DNA of 28,214 bases from an uncultured Deinococcales bacterium (GCA_964244895.1 CAXTKV010000006.1:13519-41732); one strand, 5' to 3'. Shown: positions 17,234 to 26,529, numbered from the stretch's first letter. A program made the numbers and translations. The notes: generated from the sequence alone by a model not told the origin.

Positions 17234-18121
17234 TCAACGAGCCCACTCGAGTGATCGACCGATCACCAATTCCGTCATGACCTCATGGTGCGTGTTTTTC
17301 ATAGGGATAGGTAACGCCTCGAGCCGATGACCTAGAGCGAACTGTGCCACTTCAGGTGCGTTGTCATACGTCATGACAAAATCACCACGAAGTCTTTCGA
17401 CTATCCTAAATAGGTGTTCGTGGTTCAGTTCAAAATGGTTGTATAGGCGATTCCCGGCCTTCTTACCGCCTGCGCTGTACGGAGGGTCGATGAATGCCAC
17501 GACCCCAGCATCGTCCGGGCGGCGTTCGAGTTCAGCGATGCCATCGCCGTGAATGACCGTGATCTGATCTCGAAGCGATGCGAGCTGCAGAATGCGCTTT
17601 TTAAGGGTTTCTGGATACCACCTCGAACGTAAACCCTTACCGTTCTCGCCTTCTTTGATCATTCCTGCGCCCGATGCAAGGATGCCACCACGGTTGACGC
17701 GGTTTCGAATGATGGTTTGAAATGCTTGATCCTCTAGCGTTATGAAAGGGGCAGCGAGCGTTTCGAGCACGTTCTCGAGCCTCAGATCGAAGGTTACAAT
17801 GCGTTCGGCGAGCGCGTTCGCATTGCCCTGGAAAATAGTTTTCCAAACGCTCACCACCTGTTCGTCCAGTTCAACGAGCGTGACGTGATCAGCCAGATTC
17901 TCGTATAAAACCGTCACACCGACGCTCGCCCCGCCGGCGAACGGCTCAATGAACTCAAGGGGTCGCGCTTGGCGACTCGAGAGCCACCTCTTGAGATACG
18001 GCACGAACCACGTCTTCCCGCCCGGATACCGAAACGGGGAAAGCTGCTTGACCGACGCGACGTTCACGACCCGCTCCGTCAGCGCGGGATGGTCGAACAA
18101 AGGTTGCTCTGTGGCCGTCAT
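17234..18121 (-). CDS. D12-class (Dam-like) N6-adenine DNA methyltransferase
   Basis: SPFRYPGGK, FIEPFAGG (SAM binding) and DPPY (catalytic). ATGA overlap with the endonuclease gene. Confidence 0.92.
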   Translation of the reverse strand: MTATEQPLFDHPALTERVVNVASVKQLSPFRYPGGKTWFVPYLKRWLSSRQARPLEFIEPFAGGASVGVTVLYENLADHVTLVELDEQVVSVWKTIFQGNANALAERIVTFDLRLENVLETLAAPFITLEDQAFQTIIRNRVNRGGILASGAGMIKEGENGKGLRSRWYPETLKKRILQLASLRDQITVIHGDGIAELERRPDDAGVVAFIDPPYSAGGKKAGNRLYNHFELNHEHLFRIVERLRGDFVMTYDNAPEVAQFALGHRLEALPIPMKNTHHEVMTELVIGRSLEWAR

Positions 18122-19002
18122 GACGACCTGAACAGCTCATCGAGACTCGAAGCGTCGGGTGCGTTGCCGTCTTCCCCGAGTTTTTCGTCGAGACGTTCCT
18201 GAAGATGTGTCTCGAAAATCCCGAGCGGCCCAGCTTCGGTATGGGTGATTTGAAATAATGCGCGTTCGAATTTCGTGTACACGGTATTCGCGTGGACGAG
18301 GTTGTACCGATTGGTTGCGGAATCGAGCGCGAGATCGTACACGAACCACGCGATGTCGGCGTCTTTCTCGGGCACTTGATCAAGATTTGGCAGCGTATTG
18401 AAAAAAGCCGTGTGCAAGGCCACAGCCATACGTTTTTTCCAGGTGTGCAGAATGCTGCCCTTGTAAATCAATTGCGGAGCCAGGCGTTTGCGGCTCGAGG
18501 ACAGGTAATCCGCCCTCGGATACTCTTTTCCTGTGTAATCGCGCGTTCGGTACTGAACAGGATCGGCGACAAATTGCTCAAATGGGCGACGAATGTTTCC
18601 GCTGATGTACACGCCCTGAATCTCGAGGGAGCCGAAGTCCGTCAATCGGCCTTGATCGTCGTAGGAGACGAGTACCAGATCGATGTTGCCCGCCGATTTA
18701 CCGCGCTTGTCCTTGAGGCGAATCTCGGTCAGCGAAGTCCAGTGCGTTCCCTCAGGAAAGAAGAATCTTGCAGCGTCCTCAGCGATTAGCCAGTGCTGTC
18801 GGAATCGGACGGGGCAGGTGATGGCGAGCGTTTCGCCATCGATGACGCTGCACACGCCGAGCGGATCGTTTGCCTTGTCTTTGGTGCAATTTGGAACCTT
18901 GTTGCCGAATGGACACAATCGTAGCGTGCGATGGCGTTCCGCGTTCAAACTTGTGTTGTCGATGGGGAAGCCGTAGACCTCGGCGATGGGTTGTTTGGGC
19001 AT
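18118..19002 (-). CDS. NotI-family type II restriction endonuclease
   Basis: N-terminal Cys4 motif (CPF...CTK...GVCS...CPVRF) and PD-(D/E)xK-like GNIDLVLV...SLEIQ. Start reassigned to ATG 19002 (MPKQPIAEVYGF). Confidence 0.8.
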   Translation of the reverse strand: MPKQPIAEVYGFPIDNTSLNAERHRTLRLCPFGNKVPNCTKDKANDPLGVCSVIDGETLAITCPVRFRQHWLIAEDAARFFFPEGTHWTSLTEIRLKDKRGKSAGNIDLVLVSYDDQGRLTDFGSLEIQGVYISGNIRRPFEQFVADPVQYRTRDYTGKEYPRADYLSSSRKRLAPQLIYKGSILHTWKKRMAVALHTAFFNTLPNLDQVPEKDADIAWFVYDLALDSATNRYNLVHANTVYTKFERALFQITHTEAGPLGIFETHLQERLDEKLGEDGNAPDASSLDELFRSS

Positions 19003-19035
19003 CCTGACGCGAGTATCGCACAGATGGAAAGAAAT

Positions 19036-19093
19036 CTCGAGAACACCGTCCCACACACGATCTAGAGAATGCGTCGTGGACGGTGTTCTTGAG
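19036..19093. repeat. REP-like palindromic element copy
   Basis: CTCGAGAACACCGTCC...GGACGGTGTTCTTGAG. Confidence 0.9.
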
Positions 19094-19100
19094 TAGTCAC

Positions 19101-19130
19101 AAAAACAGGAGCGGCAACCATTGCCGCTCC
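19101..19130 (-). terminator. Intrinsic terminator after E1beta
   Basis: GGAGCGGCAA-CCA-TTGCCGCTCC hairpin followed by TGTTTTT on the minus strand. Confidence 0.85.
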
Positions 19131-19152
19131 CGTTCGTCTCGAGCATTCTTTA

Positions 19153-20181
19153 TTACGCGCCCAACACCTTCTTGATCCCCTCCGCGACGTGCGCGGGTTC
19201 GGGCCTGGAGAAGTGGTTGACGGCGTTGAACGGACTGGCCATCGTGTCGAAGCTTGCGACGCGCACGATCGGCGCTTCGAGGTGGTAGAGGGCGTGTTCC
19301 GCGATCAGCGCGCTGACTTCCGCGCCGAATCCTGCGGTCAGTTGCGCTTCGTGAACGATGACCACGCGCCCGGTTTTCTGGACGCTTTCCAGTACCAGAT
19401 TCAGGTCGAAGGGCACGATGGTGCGCATGTCCAGCACTTCGCAACTGATTCCGGCTTCACTGGCGGCGTTGGCGGCTTCGATGGCGGTGTGAACCATCAT
19501 GCCCCACGCGACGATGGTCACATCCGTGCCCTCGCGGGCCACGCGTCCCTTGCCCAGGGGCACGGTGTAGTGTTCCGTCGGCACTTGCCCGCGACCTTCA
19601 GCGCCCCGGTACAGCTTGATGTTCTCGAAGAACACGACTGGGTCGGGGTCTTCTACGGACGCCAGGATCAAGCCTTTGGCGTCGTAGGCGTTGGACGGGA
19701 TGGCGATCTTGATGCCGGGCGTGTGCGCCATCAGCGCTTCCGGGCTGTCCGCGTGCTGCTCGAGCAATGACAAACCGCCGCCGTAGGGAAAGCGAATCAC
19801 GATCGGCGTGTTGAACCGCCCGCGCGTGCGGTAGCGGTAGCGCCCGACGTGGCTCATGATCTGGTTGTACCCGGCGTACATGAACCCGCCAAATTGCAGT
19901 TCCACGATGGGTTTCATGCCGGTCGCGGCCATGCCGACTGCCGTGCCCAGGATGCCGGATTCGGTCAGCGGGCAATCGAACACGCGGTGGATGCCGTGCT
20001 TGGCCTGCAAGCCGGTCGTGACGCGGAACACGCCGCCCAACACGCCGACGTCCTCGCCGTACATGACGACTTTTTCGTCCTGGGTCAGGGCGATGTCGAG
20101 GCCTTCCTTGATGGCGTCCAGGAGCGTGATGGGTTTTTCCGGGTCGCGCGCGGCCTTGGTGCGTTCGGAGGTCTGCGTCAC
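19153..20181 (-). CDS. pdhB: 2-oxoacid dehydrogenase E1 beta subunit
   Basis: GEDVG..GGVFRVT.GL, ELQFGGF, PSNAYDAKGL and DPDPVVFFE. Start reassigned to GTG 20181 (GTGA overlap). Confidence 0.92.
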   Translation of the reverse strand: MTQTSERTKAARDPEKPITLLDAIKEGLDIALTQDEKVVMYGEDVGVLGGVFRVTTGLQAKHGIHRVFDCPLTESGILGTAVGMAATGMKPIVELQFGGFMYAGYNQIMSHVGRYRYRTRGRFNTPIVIRFPYGGGLSLLEQHADSPEALMAHTPGIKIAIPSNAYDAKGLILASVEDPDPVVFFENIKLYRGAEGRGQVPTEHYTVPLGKGRVAREGTDVTIVAWGMMVHTAIEAANAASEAGISCEVLDMRTIVPFDLNLVLESVQKTGRVVIVHEAQLTAGFGAEVSALIAEHALYHLEAPIVRVASFDTMASPFNAVNHFSRPEPAHVAEGIKKVLGA

Positions 20182-21359
20182 GATTGCCCCCCCGCGAGCT
20201 TGATGCGCGCCTCGAGTTCCTGCATTTGCGCCTTGACGGCGGGCGGCGGGTTGGTGAAGGCGTATTCCAAGAGGGCGTGCGGGTCGGGCGCGGGCACGGC
20301 GTCCGCGGCCTCGAGCGCGCTCGAGAATTCGGATTCGATCTCGGCGATCATGGCGGCCTCGCGGTCCTCGTTCCAGGCTTTTTGCTTCTCCAGGAAGGTT
20401 TTCACGCGCGCGATCGGGTCGCGGGTGGCGGCCCATTCTTTGGTGACGGTCTCGTCGCGGTAAGCCTTTGGGTCGTCGCCCGTGGTGTGCGGACGCAGGC
20501 GGTAAGTCATGTTCTCGAGCAGGCTCGGGCCGTTGCCCGCGCGGGCGTGCTCGACGGCTTTGGTGGCGATGTGATGCACGGCCAGCACGTCGTTGCCGTC
20601 CACCAGGTAACCGGGAATGCCGTAGCCTTCGGCGCGGCGCACCAGGTGATCGACCCTGGATTGCACGGCGCGCGGCACGCTGATCGCCCAGCCGTTGTTT
20701 TCAATCACGAACACGGCGGGTGCGCCCGTCGCGGCGGCGAAATTAATGCCCGCGTGAAAATCGCCCTGGCTGGTGCCACCCTCGCCGATGTAGCTCATGG
20801 CGACGTTCGGCAGGCCCTGCATTTTCAGGCCCATCGCGCAGCCCGCCACGTGCGGGAATTGCGCGGCGATGTCGATGATGATCGGCAGCATGTTCAGGTT
20901 GTCCGGGATGCGCCAGCCCTCGGGGTGGCCGCGCCAGTACATCAGGACGTTCTTCATGTTCCAGCCGAAGGTCAGTAAAGCGCCCGTCGAGCGGTACATC
21001 GGCGCCATCCAGTCGCCCTGTTTGAGCGCCATGGCCGTCCCGATCTGGGATGCTTCCTGGCCGCCGAACTGCGCGTACTTGCCCATGCGATTCTGCTGCA
21101 CGAGCTTTTCCATGCGGTCATCGAAGTGCCGCGCGCGGGCCATCGCGCGGTAGAGTTCCTCGATCAGTTCCAGGTCGGGCGCGAGTTTGGGTTGGGTCAG
21201 GGTTCCATCCGGCGAGAGGATCTGGAAGGGCTCGAGTTCTTCTCTGACGGGGCTCGAGGCTGAACTTGAGGTCGCGTTTGGGGCGGGCTTCGGAGCCTTG
21301 CTCGCCTTCGGATTGGGTTTCGGCTTCGCTGAAGCCGTATCTTTCCGGGTCAGTGCCAT
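20178..21359 (-). CDS. pdhA: 2-oxoacid dehydrogenase E1 alpha subunit
   Basis: GQEASQIG, TPP motif GEGGTSQGDFH...ENNGWAIS, VDGNDV and TYRL.PHTTGDDP. Start reassigned to ATG 21359 (MALTRK). The 732-aa ORF over-extends upstream. Confidence 0.9.
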   Translation of the reverse strand: MALTRKDTASAKPKPNPKASKAPKPAPNATSSSASSPVREELEPFQILSPDGTLTQPKLAPDLELIEELYRAMARARHFDDRMEKLVQQNRMGKYAQFGGQEASQIGTAMALKQGDWMAPMYRSTGALLTFGWNMKNVLMYWRGHPEGWRIPDNLNMLPIIIDIAAQFPHVAGCAMGLKMQGLPNVAMSYIGEGGTSQGDFHAGINFAAATGAPAVFVIENNGWAISVPRAVQSRVDHLVRRAEGYGIPGYLVDGNDVLAVHHIATKAVEHARAGNGPSLLENMTYRLRPHTTGDDPKAYRDETVTKEWAATRDPIARVKTFLEKQKAWNEDREAAMIAEIESEFSSALEAADAVPAPDPHALLEYAFTNPPPAVKAQMQELEARIKLAGGQS

Positions 21360-21587
21360 GCGTCTCATCTTGCCACTTCCCGCGCTTTTGCAACAGGGGT
21401 ACGACTCCACAATGGGCGTCCTGTAGCCCTGGGCACGTGTCAGCCGAGTGTGAGCCGCCTTGCGGCTCGCGAGCGGTGGCTTGGGTTTGCGAGCCCGCGC
21501 AGTCTGGTGCAAAGGATTGCGACCTGCGGACAGCCAGCAAGTACGCCTCGTTCCACCCGGTGTCTGGGCGGCGCGTAGAGTGAACCG

Positions 21588-22235
21588 ATGAACGATTGGC
21601 ACTGGATTGCGGGTTCGGACGCCGCAGACGCGCTGCTCAACCCGCAGGTGTTCCGGTTTTTCGCGGTGTTCGTCGGGCAACGGCGCACGCTCGCGGAAGC
21701 CGCGCGGCGGCTCGAGATCAGCCCGACCACCTTGCGCTACCACGTGGAGCGTTTCGCGAAGTGGGGTTTGCTGAGCGTGTCCGCAGGGGAACGCAACGGG
21801 CGCAGGCGCAAGGTTTACACCGCCGTCAGCGAGCGCTTCTACGTGCCGTTCGCGGTCTCGAGCCTGGAAAACCCGGAGGCGCTGGTGCGCGAGGCGCAAG
21901 CCAGCCTGCAAGACGAATTCGTCGCGGATTTGATCGCGGGCACACTGCGCGCCCTGCCCGACGCGGAGCGCGGTGGCATCGCAATTCACCTGCGCGGCCC
22001 GGACGTGGTCAGCCTGGATTTCACGCCCACACCGCCCCCGGAGGTGGACATCCTGCCAGTCACGGCTTGCGGCTTGTGGAATTCGTGGACGACTGTGCAA
22101 CTCACCCCCGCAGAGGCCCACGATCTCGAGATGCGTCTGCGGGCGTTGTGGGATGACTCGTTGCGACGCAGCCTGGTTCCTCGAGCGCACACGAAACCGT
22201 TCACGCTGCGGCTCGGGCTGGCCCCGCACCGCTGA
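21588..22235 (+). CDS. Winged-helix (ArsR-like) DNA-binding protein
   Basis: TLAEAARRLEISPTTLRYHVERFAKWGLL...GRRRKVY. TAGAGT (21576-21581) lies 6 nt before the ATG (leaderless). Confidence 0.8.
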   Translation: MNDWHWIAGSDAADALLNPQVFRFFAVFVGQRRTLAEAARRLEISPTTLRYHVERFAKWGLLSVSAGERNGRRRKVYTAVSERFYVPFAVSSLENPEALVREAQASLQDEFVADLIAGTLRALPDAERGGIAIHLRGPDVVSLDFTPTPPPEVDILPVTACGLWNSWTTVQLTPAEAHDLEMRLRALWDDSLRRSLVPRAHTKPFTLRLGLAPHR

Positions 22236-22300
22236 CCGAGCACCAACGAACCACGAAAACGCGGTCGTTTTCGCGGTTGCGAACGCGCTAAAACGGGTGC

Positions 22301-22966
22301 ATGACGATTCCCGAATACTGGCTCGCCCGACCGGAGTTCGATCTCGAGCCGCACCGGAAGGACTTTGGGGTCGCACTCCAGGAGGCGCTCGGGACAGGTG
22401 TGGGGCGAGCCCCGAACGCCCCCGTGTGGGCGTGGCTGAGCTGGCTGTGCGACACGCAAGGCTTCGTCGCGCACGGCACCGGGCGGGGCGACATCGGCCT
22501 CTTCGAGCCGCGCCAGTCCAATGACGTGGGTTGGTTTGGCAACCGCAAAGCCGTGTACGCCGCCTCTGACGCCCTGTGGGCGATGTTCTTCGCGATCATG
22601 AACCGCCCGATGGTGCCGATGACGATCGTTAATGCTGCCATCAACGTGCGGCTCCAAGACAACTTCGAGCCACGCTACTTCTTCGGTGCGAGCCGCGCGG
22701 CGCTGGAGCGTGGTGCGTTCCGCGACGGCTGGGTTTACCTGCTCCCGGGCGCGGGTTTCGAGCGCGAACCGGGCGGTACGCGGCTCGGTGTGGTCTTCGA
22801 AAGCCACCATCTGGCTCGCCTCGAGCCGGTGCGACCCGCGTTTCGGGTCGCGGTGCGCTCCGGCGACTTTCCGTTTCTCGGGCGCATTCACGCCTACGAC
22901 GAGGACGCGCTCGCGGCGGCGGTGGCTGGCGACCCGGACTGCTTTCCCTGGCTCGAGGACGCCTGA
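22301..22966 (+). CDS. Hypothetical protein, possible ADP-ribosyltransferase-like fold
   Basis: 221-aa ORF with plausible composition. Motifs AHGTG...FEPR, AVYAASD..WAMFFA and GWVYLLP...FE. Confidence 0.7.
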   Translation: MTIPEYWLARPEFDLEPHRKDFGVALQEALGTGVGRAPNAPVWAWLSWLCDTQGFVAHGTGRGDIGLFEPRQSNDVGWFGNRKAVYAASDALWAMFFAIMNRPMVPMTIVNAAINVRLQDNFEPRYFFGASRAALERGAFRDGWVYLLPGAGFEREPGGTRLGVVFESHHLARLEPVRPAFRVAVRSGDFPFLGRIHAYDEDALAAAVAGDPDCFPWLEDA

Positions 22967-23199
22967 GGAACCCGCCGCAAGGGTTCCGCGTTCATCCTTT
23001 TTGCTGGAGGCAAGGTCTCCGAGAAGCTGAAGCACACCCGCTCATGGTTCACGTCTGGCGCGCGTCGTCCGGCCTCGAGCGTGATGCGGCAGCGCTGAAC
23101 CTGACATCGCCGCTGTTCCGCATCCGATCCGCATAGACTTAAAACCGGTAGCAGCGCAGACATTCCGTCAGGTACGAATCTTTTCTCGTCTCGCCGTGC

Positions 23200-23280
23200 A
23201 AAAAGAGTGTGACCTGCGGGGAGGTCATCCGCAGGTCACTGAAGGAGGGGGGGAGGCACGGCGCGCAATTCCGTATCTCT
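23200..23280 (-). ncRNA. Candidate CU-rich small regulatory RNA
   Basis: -10 TAGACT (23287-23292), a 5' hairpin, unpaired CCUCCCCCCCUCCUU, an 11-bp stem GUGACCUGCGG/CCGCAGGUCAC with loop AUGACCUCC, then a U-tract. No ORF inside. Confidence 0.5.
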
Positions 23281-23392
23281 GAAATCAGTCTAGGAAATAG
23301 TGTCTTACAAAATCGTTACAAGGTTCAGGCCTGGAAAGTCGTGATCCTCGAGCGCCGGACGCGAGCCCGTTCTCGCGGCTCGAGATCTTACG

Positions 23393-23450
23393 AAGACCGT
23401 CCGGCACGGTGTTCTTTGTGTTCAAAAAAAATCGTGTCCCAGACGGTATT
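23393..23450. repeat. REP-like palindromic element copy
   Basis: AAGACCGTCCGGCACGGTGTT...GTCCCAGACGGTATT. Confidence 0.8.
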
Positions 23451-23470
23451 CCTCGATGTGCGAGTGCATA

Positions 23471-26200
23471 TCAGACCAGCCGCAGACGCATTTCTGGTGA
23501 GGGCTCGAGCCCGAATTCGCGCCGCAAACGATCGGCAAATTCCTGGTAGCGGCGTTGCGCGCTGACGCGTCTGCCGGAGCGCAGCATCAGATTGAGCAAC
23601 CCGGCGAATGCCGCTTCGTGGGTGGGATCGCGCGACAGCAACCACTCGAGGGCGTCCTCGGCGGCCTGGGGTTGGCTGGCCTCGAGCCCGGCGGTGTGGT
23701 CGAGAACCGCCTGGAATACTCGCTTGCGAAGATCAAATCGGGTTTCCTCGATCGCCTCGAGGTCAAATCCGGGCAGCAATTCGGCGTACAGGCTTCGCAC
23801 CGCATCGATCCTGCCCGCCCTGAGCGCCTCCTCGAGATCCCACAGGTCGACCCTGGCGCGCGCCAGTCCCGACTCCAGAAGGTGCGTCGGAATGCCCCAC
23901 GGCTCGAGCGCCTTGCGCAGGGCGTTCAGGTTGACGTGCAGGTTGTTGCGGCTTTTTTCGGCGTCCGCCTCCGGCCAGAGCATCTCCGCGATGCGTTCCC
24001 TGGGCAAGCGCAGCGCCAGCAGCGCCAGAATGTCTTTCGGACGGGCTGTCAGGCTGACGGATTCCCCGAGTGACCGCACCTCGAAGCCGCCCAGCACGCG
24101 CAACTCGAGCGGCGGGATGTCCGGGTGACGGTGTTGGATCGCCTCGCGCCAACCGGAGCGCAGCACGGTTTCAATCGGGTACGCGCTGGCGTGTTCGGGA
24201 CGGTTCTTGGGGAGTTCCTTCAAATCCAGCAGCGTCGGCAGGATCCGTGCACCGGCGTCGGTGACGCGCAACAGCGCCTCGAGGTGGGCTGGTTTACGCG
24301 TGATTCGGTATTGGGCGGCCAGCGCCAGCATCCGCAACCAGCGTTGGGTCGCCTCGAGCGCCGGGGCGAGAACTTCCAGGGCGAGCTGCGTCTGTTTGAG
24401 TTGGTGCAAGCACAACGCCATCTCGACGCGCAACAGCGGCGTGTCGAGGCGTTCGAGGGTGCCTTCGAGCATCGCTTGGGCTTCCGCGATTCGGCCCGCT
24501 TCGCGCAGGCAACGCGCCCAGTGCGCCCGCACCAGACCCAACGGGTGATCCTCGCCCTCTCGTGGCGCGCCCTGCGCCTCGCGTTCGAGCGCCGGGAAGG
24601 CCGCCAGCTGGCCCCGCAGGGCCGCCGCCTCGATCCGTCCAGCCAGCGCGCTGGCCGGGTTGTGTTCGCTCATGCCCTCGAGTTGCTCGAACGCCTCGAG
24701 CGCGAGTTCGTTTTCGCCCAGGAGCGCCCGGATGCGGGCCACCCAGCCGATCGAGCCCGCCCGGTTGAACAAGAAGTGATCCGGTGATTCCAGGCTGGTT
24801 TGCAGTTGCTCGAGGTGCCCGAGCAGCTTGCCGTGAAGCTCCCAGCGCACCAGCGCCAGGTTGATGATGCCCGACTGACGGCGTTCCGGCCTGATCGACG
24901 GCACGGCCCGTTCGAGCAAGCTCTCGGCCTCCGCCCAGCGCCGAGCCTCGATGTAGAAGGTCGCGGCGTTGGTCAAGAACACCGCGCGCGAATGCTCCGT
25001 GACCCGCTCGAGCCACGGCTGAGCCTCGACGAACAGGCCGTCCGCCCGATCGAACTCGCCGGGTTGCAGGTCGAACAGCGCCCAACCGAGCGCCTCGAGC
25101 CGCTGGTTCGGGGTCGCGTCCGGGTGTCGAGCCGCGCCCAGGTAGGCCGCCATCGCCGCCTCGTGCTGGCCCGTGACGGAATAGGCCCAACTGAGCGTCA
25201 GCAGGCGTTTCGGGTTGAGTTCAGCAGTCTTCTGCGCGGCACACAGCGCGTGCCAGCGCATCACCCCGACCGAATCCTGGTGGGCCAGTTCAATGTTCTC
25301 CAGGAGTACGTGCAGCTTTTCCAGCAGGCCGCTGCGGGCGCAGGCCTCGGCCTGCAAGCCGATCGGCAGGCGTTCCAGACCCGCCGCGACGGCATCCCGA
25401 ACGCCATCGGCGTGGTGCGCCAGCACCGATTCCGCCGCCAGCGGGTGCAACCGAAAACCGCTCTCGAGCGCCTGCACGAAGCCCAGACCGGCCAGCTTGA
25501 AGGTGTTCGCGTCGGCGGCGGTATTGGGCAGGTACGGCAGGGCGCAGAGGAACATCACCTCGCGCCATTCCTCACCTTCCAGGCTCTCGCGCACGCCGTC
25601 CCAGAGGGATTCTTCGTCGGGTAGTTCTCCGGTCAAAGCCGCCATGTGCAACGGCAGCGACCAGCCGCGCGTTTTGTGCCAGGCCGGGCTGGCGTCCCGA
25701 TCGCCGAACAGCGCGGCGGCTTCCTGGGGCGTGAAGGCCAGGTGTTCGGCCTGCAGGTGAATCAATCGGCCTTCGGTGCGGGTGCGCAACAATTCCGGCG
25801 TCCGCAGGCGCTTGCGGCTGGCCAGCAAGACCAGACCCTGCGCGTATTTCAACAACGGCCCCAGCGATGCCCCGACCTCCGGGTCGTTTTCCAGGTCTTC
25901 CAGGATCACCAGCGTTTTTTCCTGTTTGAGCGCGGTCAGCACCGCCGTCCACGACGCGGATTCCGCCAGCCCGAGCGCGAGCGCCAACGGTTCGCGCGGG
26001 TCGCCATCCACCAGCGCCAGCCAGATCACGCGCCAGGCGTCCGCTTCCAGTCTGGACGCCCACTGGGACACCAGCACGCTTTTACCGTAACCGTAGGGCG
26101 CTTCCAGCCAGACGACGTAACCCGGTTCCTCGGGCAGCAGGCGCAGCAGCCGGGGGCGTTCCAGAAACAGTGCGCTGGGTTTGGGACGGAAACCGATCAC
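23471..26200 (-). CDS. Large MalT-like ATPase/TPR/wHTH-BTAD transcriptional regulator
   Basis: LERPRLL, Walker A APYGYGKS, LAFTPQEA and TRGW (MalT-like N-terminus). C-terminal LRVLGGFEV...LWPEAD...NLHVNLNALRKAL and DPTHE...GLEPSPE (BTAD). Confidence 0.85.
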   Translation of the reverse strand: MIGFRPKPSALFLERPRLLRLLPEEPGYVVWLEAPYGYGKSVLVSQWASRLEADAWRVIWLALVDGDPREPLALALGLAESASWTAVLTALKQEKTLVILEDLENDPEVGASLGPLLKYAQGLVLLASRKRLRTPELLRTRTEGRLIHLQAEHLAFTPQEAAALFGDRDASPAWHKTRGWSLPLHMAALTGELPDEESLWDGVRESLEGEEWREVMFLCALPYLPNTAADANTFKLAGLGFVQALESGFRLHPLAAESVLAHHADGVRDAVAAGLERLPIGLQAEACARSGLLEKLHVLLENIELAHQDSVGVMRWHALCAAQKTAELNPKRLLTLSWAYSVTGQHEAAMAAYLGAARHPDATPNQRLEALGWALFDLQPGEFDRADGLFVEAQPWLERVTEHSRAVFLTNAATFYIEARRWAEAESLLERAVPSIRPERRQSGIINLALVRWELHGKLLGHLEQLQTSLESPDHFLFNRAGSIGWVARIRALLGENELALEAFEQLEGMSEHNPASALAGRIEAAALRGQLAAFPALEREAQGAPREGEDHPLGLVRAHWARCLREAGRIAEAQAMLEGTLERLDTPLLRVEMALCLHQLKQTQLALEVLAPALEATQRWLRMLALAAQYRITRKPAHLEALLRVTDAGARILPTLLDLKELPKNRPEHASAYPIETVLRSGWREAIQHRHPDIPPLELRVLGGFEVRSLGESVSLTARPKDILALLALRLPRERIAEMLWPEADAEKSRNNLHVNLNALRKALEPWGIPTHLLESGLARARVDLWDLEEALRAGRIDAVRSLYAELLPGFDLEAIEETRFDLRKRVFQAVLDHTAGLEASQPQAAEDALEWLLSRDPTHEAAFAGLLNLMLRSGRRVSAQRRYQEFADRLRREFGLEPSPEMRLRLV

Positions 26201-26326
26201 GGGTCAACCTCGGTTTGAAGCGCTGGGGCGAAATGCTGCGTCGAAGAATCGTGTTCATTATGAAGCGCTTTCCTCAACATCGCATCAAACCCGCCGATCG
26301 GTCGGTCAAGACGAGCCTGAAATGGG

Positions 26327-26382
26327 AAGACCGTCCCACACACGGATTCCTAAGGCGAGAAAATACTGTCCTGGACGGTGTT
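26327..26382. repeat. REP-like palindromic element copy
   Basis: AAGACCGTCCCACAC...GTCCTGGACGGTGTT. Confidence 0.8.
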
Positions 26383-26529
26383 TTTTGGATTTGAGTCCGA
26401 TTAAGCCACCGCTAAGACCCGCTCCTCGAGACTGACCCACAGAGCGGTCGCCGCTCGAGCCCTCCATTCCCGATCCCGCCACGCTCGCCCGATGCTCGAA
26501 ACGCGAGCAATTCAAAACACAGGAGCCCC

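Noticed and set aside
14872..19093. Integron attC sites separating cassettes
   Set aside because: The repeats lack RYYYAAC/GTTRRRY ends, there is no integrase, and the same element occurs between housekeeping genes.
20770..20790. GEG in place of GDG in the TPP-binding motif of E1alpha
   Set aside because: GEG is a known functional variant, for example in branched-chain E1alpha subunits.
21360..22376. N-terminal extension of E1alpha (732-aa ORF)
   Set aside because: It is antisense to the wHTH gene, the sequence is Arg-rich and implausible, and E1alpha similarity begins after 21359.
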